Positions 60,121 to 64,000 of a stretch of DNA of 64,000 nucleotides are shown here, piece by piece (position 1 is the stretch's first letter; every line of letters starts with the position of its first letter). The stretch is from Mobula hypostoma (Eukaryota). The DNA is taken from positions 27,530,001 through 27,594,000 of the forward strand of contig NC_086097.1 of assembly GCF_963921235.1 (NCBI RefSeq), written 5' to 3'. The position numbers and the translations under genes were made by a program. The notes under the pieces were generated by a model. The model had not been told where the DNA came from, did not search any database, and saw nothing but the letters and a program-made list of their open reading frames with translations.

Positions 60121-61574
60121 CTGTATAATGAAATTAAGAAGAAATAATAAGCTTTTTGCAGCACAGTAGTGCAGGCGTTAGCAATATGCTGTTGCAGCAC
60201 CAATGAAGGGTTCAATTCCATACTTTGTGTAACGAGTTTGTATTTTTTTCCTTGACTGCATGGGATTCATAGAATATAGAACAGTATAGATAGTACATGT
60301 TCCTCAGCCCAAGATCTTGTGCCTAACCTTTATAACTACTCCAAGATCAATCTAACCCTCCCTCCTACATAACCCTCCATTTTCCTCTGGGTACTCCGGT
60401 TTCCTGCTACATTCCAAAGCCATGAGGGTTAGTAGGTTAATTGGTAACTTGGGTGTAAATGGGCACATTAGGCTGGAAGAACCTGTTATCATGCTGTACT
60501 GTTAAATAAAAATAAATGTAATACTAAAAAAAAAACAAAAACATGTTTTATTTTAATGAGGAGTTCAATACTCTGAAACAACTGCTAATCAACTGAACAA
60601 CACTAGGTCTTTAGCTGGTATTTCTAATGGTGATAATGGCTATAAAACCCAATTTTACATGTTATTCTGTATTCTGTTATTGTTTTATTTTGTTCTAACT
60701 CAAAGCACTGTGTAATGATTTGATCTACATGCACACTATGCAAGACAAACTTTTCAAAGTACCTTGGTAAATGTGATTATAATAAACCAATTCCATTTCC
60801 AAATACTTTACTGATAGTTTTCAAAGATGGAAACATTAACTTCCCCTGATTTAGCCTATGCATAAGTAATCCACTCTTAGTGGGTCAAACAGCATCTGTG
60901 GTGGGTAAAGGAATTAAAACCCGGAGAGTGGAGAGGACAGATAGACAGAACAAAGAGGAGATGTGGAGGGCTGACACAGGAGCCCAAGGTGATTGGTGGA
61001 CTGAGGAAGGGTGGAGGATAATAGGCAGGTCAAGTCAAGTAGGAGAGGGGAGGGATGGAGTTGGAAAACTGCAGTAGGTTGATGATGGATGATAAAGGAA
61101 GAGGAAACTAAAATGAAAAGGCAGATGGAGCAGGGTGGGAAGAGGGGAGAGTGAAGTTGGATACAGCTGCTGGAAGGTGTTGATTCACCTACTGATGCTT
61201 CTTGACCTGCAGAGTGCCTCAACTGTCTGGTAACAGTGGGGTAGAACTTGTCCTTAAACTAGGTGATCTATAAAGAGTGATGCAGCATTAAATGATGTGA
61301 CATAAAACCAGAAAATGTTGTAAATACTCTGCAGGTCAGGCAGTATCTGCAGAGATACAGATACAGATACAGTTAATGGTCATGATTGATGTCCTTTCTT
61401 TAGGCCTGGGAAAAATTAGACATCAAACAAAGTGACAGGGAGAGTCATGGAGAACTGAGGGAATGTCTTTGATAAGATAAAGTAGATTAAAAAGTCGGGC
61501 ATTTTATCTTCTGCATAACCACCAATGGATGATGGCAGAGATGGAAGTCTAAACCGCTGAGGGAACAGAAGATT

Positions 61575-63072
61575 GAACACAGAACAATACAGCACAGTAC
61601 AGGCCCTTTGACCCATGATGTTGTGCTGACCTTTAAACCTACTCAAAGATCAATCTAACCCTTCCCTCCCACATAGTCCTGCATTCTTCCATTCATCCAT
61701 GTGCCTATTAAGAGTCTCTTAAATGTTCCTAATATACTGTATCTGCCAGGCAGGGTCCCACGTACCCACCACGCTCTATGTAAAAAAACCTACCTCTGAC
61801 ATCCCATAAGACCATAAAACATAGGAGCAGAATTAAGCCATCTGGCCCATTGAGTCTGCTCCACCATTCAATCATGGCTGATCCTTTTTTTAATCTCCTC
61901 CTCAACCCCAGTTCCCAGCCTTCTCCCCATAACCTTTGATGCCATGTCCAATCAAGAACCTATTAATCTCTGACTTAAATACACCCAAAGACTTGGCCTC
62001 CACAGCTGCATGTGGCAACAGATTCCACAAATTCACCACCATTTACTAAAGAAGTTTCTCCACATCTCTGTCTTGAAAGGGCACCCCTCTATCCTGAGGC
62101 TGTGCCCTCTTGTCTCACACTCCCCCCATGGGAAACATCCTTTCCACATCTACTCTGTCTAGGCCTTTCAACATTCAAAAGGCTTCAATGAGATCCCCCC
62201 TCGTTCTTCTGAATTCCAGTAAGTACAGACCCAAAGCCATCAAACACTTCTCGTATGATAACCCTTTCATTCCTGGAACATCTTTTCGAAGATGAGGGGC
62301 CCAAAACTGTTCACAATACTCAAGGTGAGGCCTCACCAGTGCCTTATAAAGTCTTAGCATCACACCCTTGCTCTTGTATTCTGGACCTCTTGAAAAGAAT
62401 GCTAGCATGGCATTTGCCTTCCTCACCACTGACTCAACCTGCAATTTAACTTTCAGGGTGTTCTGTACAAGGACTTCCAAATCCCTCGGCATCTAAGATT
62501 CCTGGATTTTCTCCCTATTTAGAAAATAGTCTGCACATTTATTTCTACTACCAAAGTGCATGACCATGCATTTTCCAAAATTGTATTTCATTTGCCACTT
62601 TCTTGCCCATTCTCCTAATCCGTTTAAGTCCTTTTACTTTCCTCCAATCACCTTAAAATTATGCCCTCTTGTATATGCCCTGGTAAAAAGCTTCTAGTTG
62701 TCCACTCTTTCTATGTCTCTTATCATTTTATACACTTCTATCAACCTCCTTCAGTCCAAACAGAAGAGCCCAGCGTGTTGAACCTATCCTTATAAGCCAT
62801 ACTCTCTAATCCAGGCAGCATCCTGGTAATTCTCCTCTGCACACTCTCTAAATATATAGAATAGACAATAGACTATAGGTGTAGGAGTAGGCCATTCGGC
62901 CCTTTGAGCCAGCACCACCATTCACTGTGATTATGGCTGATCATCCACAATCAGTACCCTGTTCCTGCCTTCTCCCCATATCCATTGACTCCGCCATCAT
63001 TAAGAGCTCTATCTAACTCCTTCTTGAAAGCATCCAGAGAATTGGCCTCCAATGACTTCTGAGGCAGAGCAT
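61575..63072 (-). mobile_element. Cluster of CR1 3' fragments: 61805-62632 nested in an older copy (61575-61805 plus 62635-62850), followed by 62860-63072
   Basis: ORF 62175-62492 [24 protein letters not shown]; three different tail repeat types. Confidence 0.85.
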
Positions 63073-64000
63073 AGTGCAGCATAGGAACAGGACCTTCTGT
63101 ATCCTTCCTATAAAGAGGCAACCAGAAACAAACACAATACTCCAAGTAATACTTCAATTAGTTGAAAGTGCCCTGGATGTGAATTCTGTAAGCTTTTAAA
63201 CAACAATCTTTGTAAAGATCTAGTTGTGATTTTCTTTGGTTGGAAGCTATGGTACATCGGTATGGATATCAGACAAAACAAATATGATATTATTGAAAGG
63301 TGGAGGGGATTTTGAGGAGACACAAGAGACTGCAGATGCTTGGAATATTTATTTTTACTGAGATACAGAGTGGAATAGGCCCTTCCAGCCCTTTGAGCTA
63401 TGCCACCCAGCGATCCCCGATTTAACCTAAACCTAACCATAGGACAATTAACAGTGACCAATTAACCTACTAAGTGGTACATCTTCAGTCTGTGAGAGAA
63501 AACCTTCGAATTCCAAGGGGAGGACGTACAGACTCCTCACAAATGACACCAGAATTGAGCTCCAAACTCCGACGCCCTGAGTTGCAACAGCATTGTGCTA
63601 ACCGCTACACTACTGTGGCACCACGCAAAAAGTGCTGAATATGGAGCAATGCACAAAGTGCTGAAGGCATCAGTGGGTCAGGCCGCATCTACGGAGGGAA
63701 ATGGACAGTCGACATTTTACAGGTGAGATCTTTCATATGGCTGATCTCTCAATCCATCTGAAGGGCCTCAACCTGAACCATCGACTGTCCATTTCCCTTC
63801 ACAGATGCTGTGGGACCCTGTGTGACACTCTAAGGTTTGGGTGGTATAACGCTGGCTTTCAGTCCAGTCATGTTGCATGAAGTCTGCATTTAACAAAAAA
63901 AAATTCAGCTTCACCCTGAACTTATCTGTCACCCCTGGTTTTGATGTTGGTGTGAATTCTTCACTTTAGAAAGAAATGTCTCCCACATTTCACAGCAGTG

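Overview
Vertebrate nuclear DNA, not prokaryotic. The repeat set (CR1 LINEs, V-SINEs, Penelope-like elements, Rex1/Babar-type LINE tails, Tc1 elements) points to a cartilaginous fish, probably a ray (inference). The window lies inside one minus-strand host gene, TTC7B. Nine short coding exons (51-123, 2106-2163, 3813-3927, 19360-19464, 20692-20775, 25983-26120, 31234-31297, 44450-44622, 60042-60120; 889 nt in total) have GT-AG boundaries and join into one stop-free frame; both gene ends lie outside the window. The introns are mostly decayed, often nested transposon fragments, and nearly all ORFs in the track are transposon remnants or noise. I see no convincing new protein-coding system. The most interesting signals come from the Penelope elements: an intact minimal type I hammerhead ribozyme, a recurring CUGCUGA core variant, and about eight short head-to-head inverted insertions (several with target-site duplications, one a near-perfect 168-bp palindrome) whose junctions cluster in the hammerhead. 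Repeat boundaries are approximate and family names come from motif recognition, not database searches.
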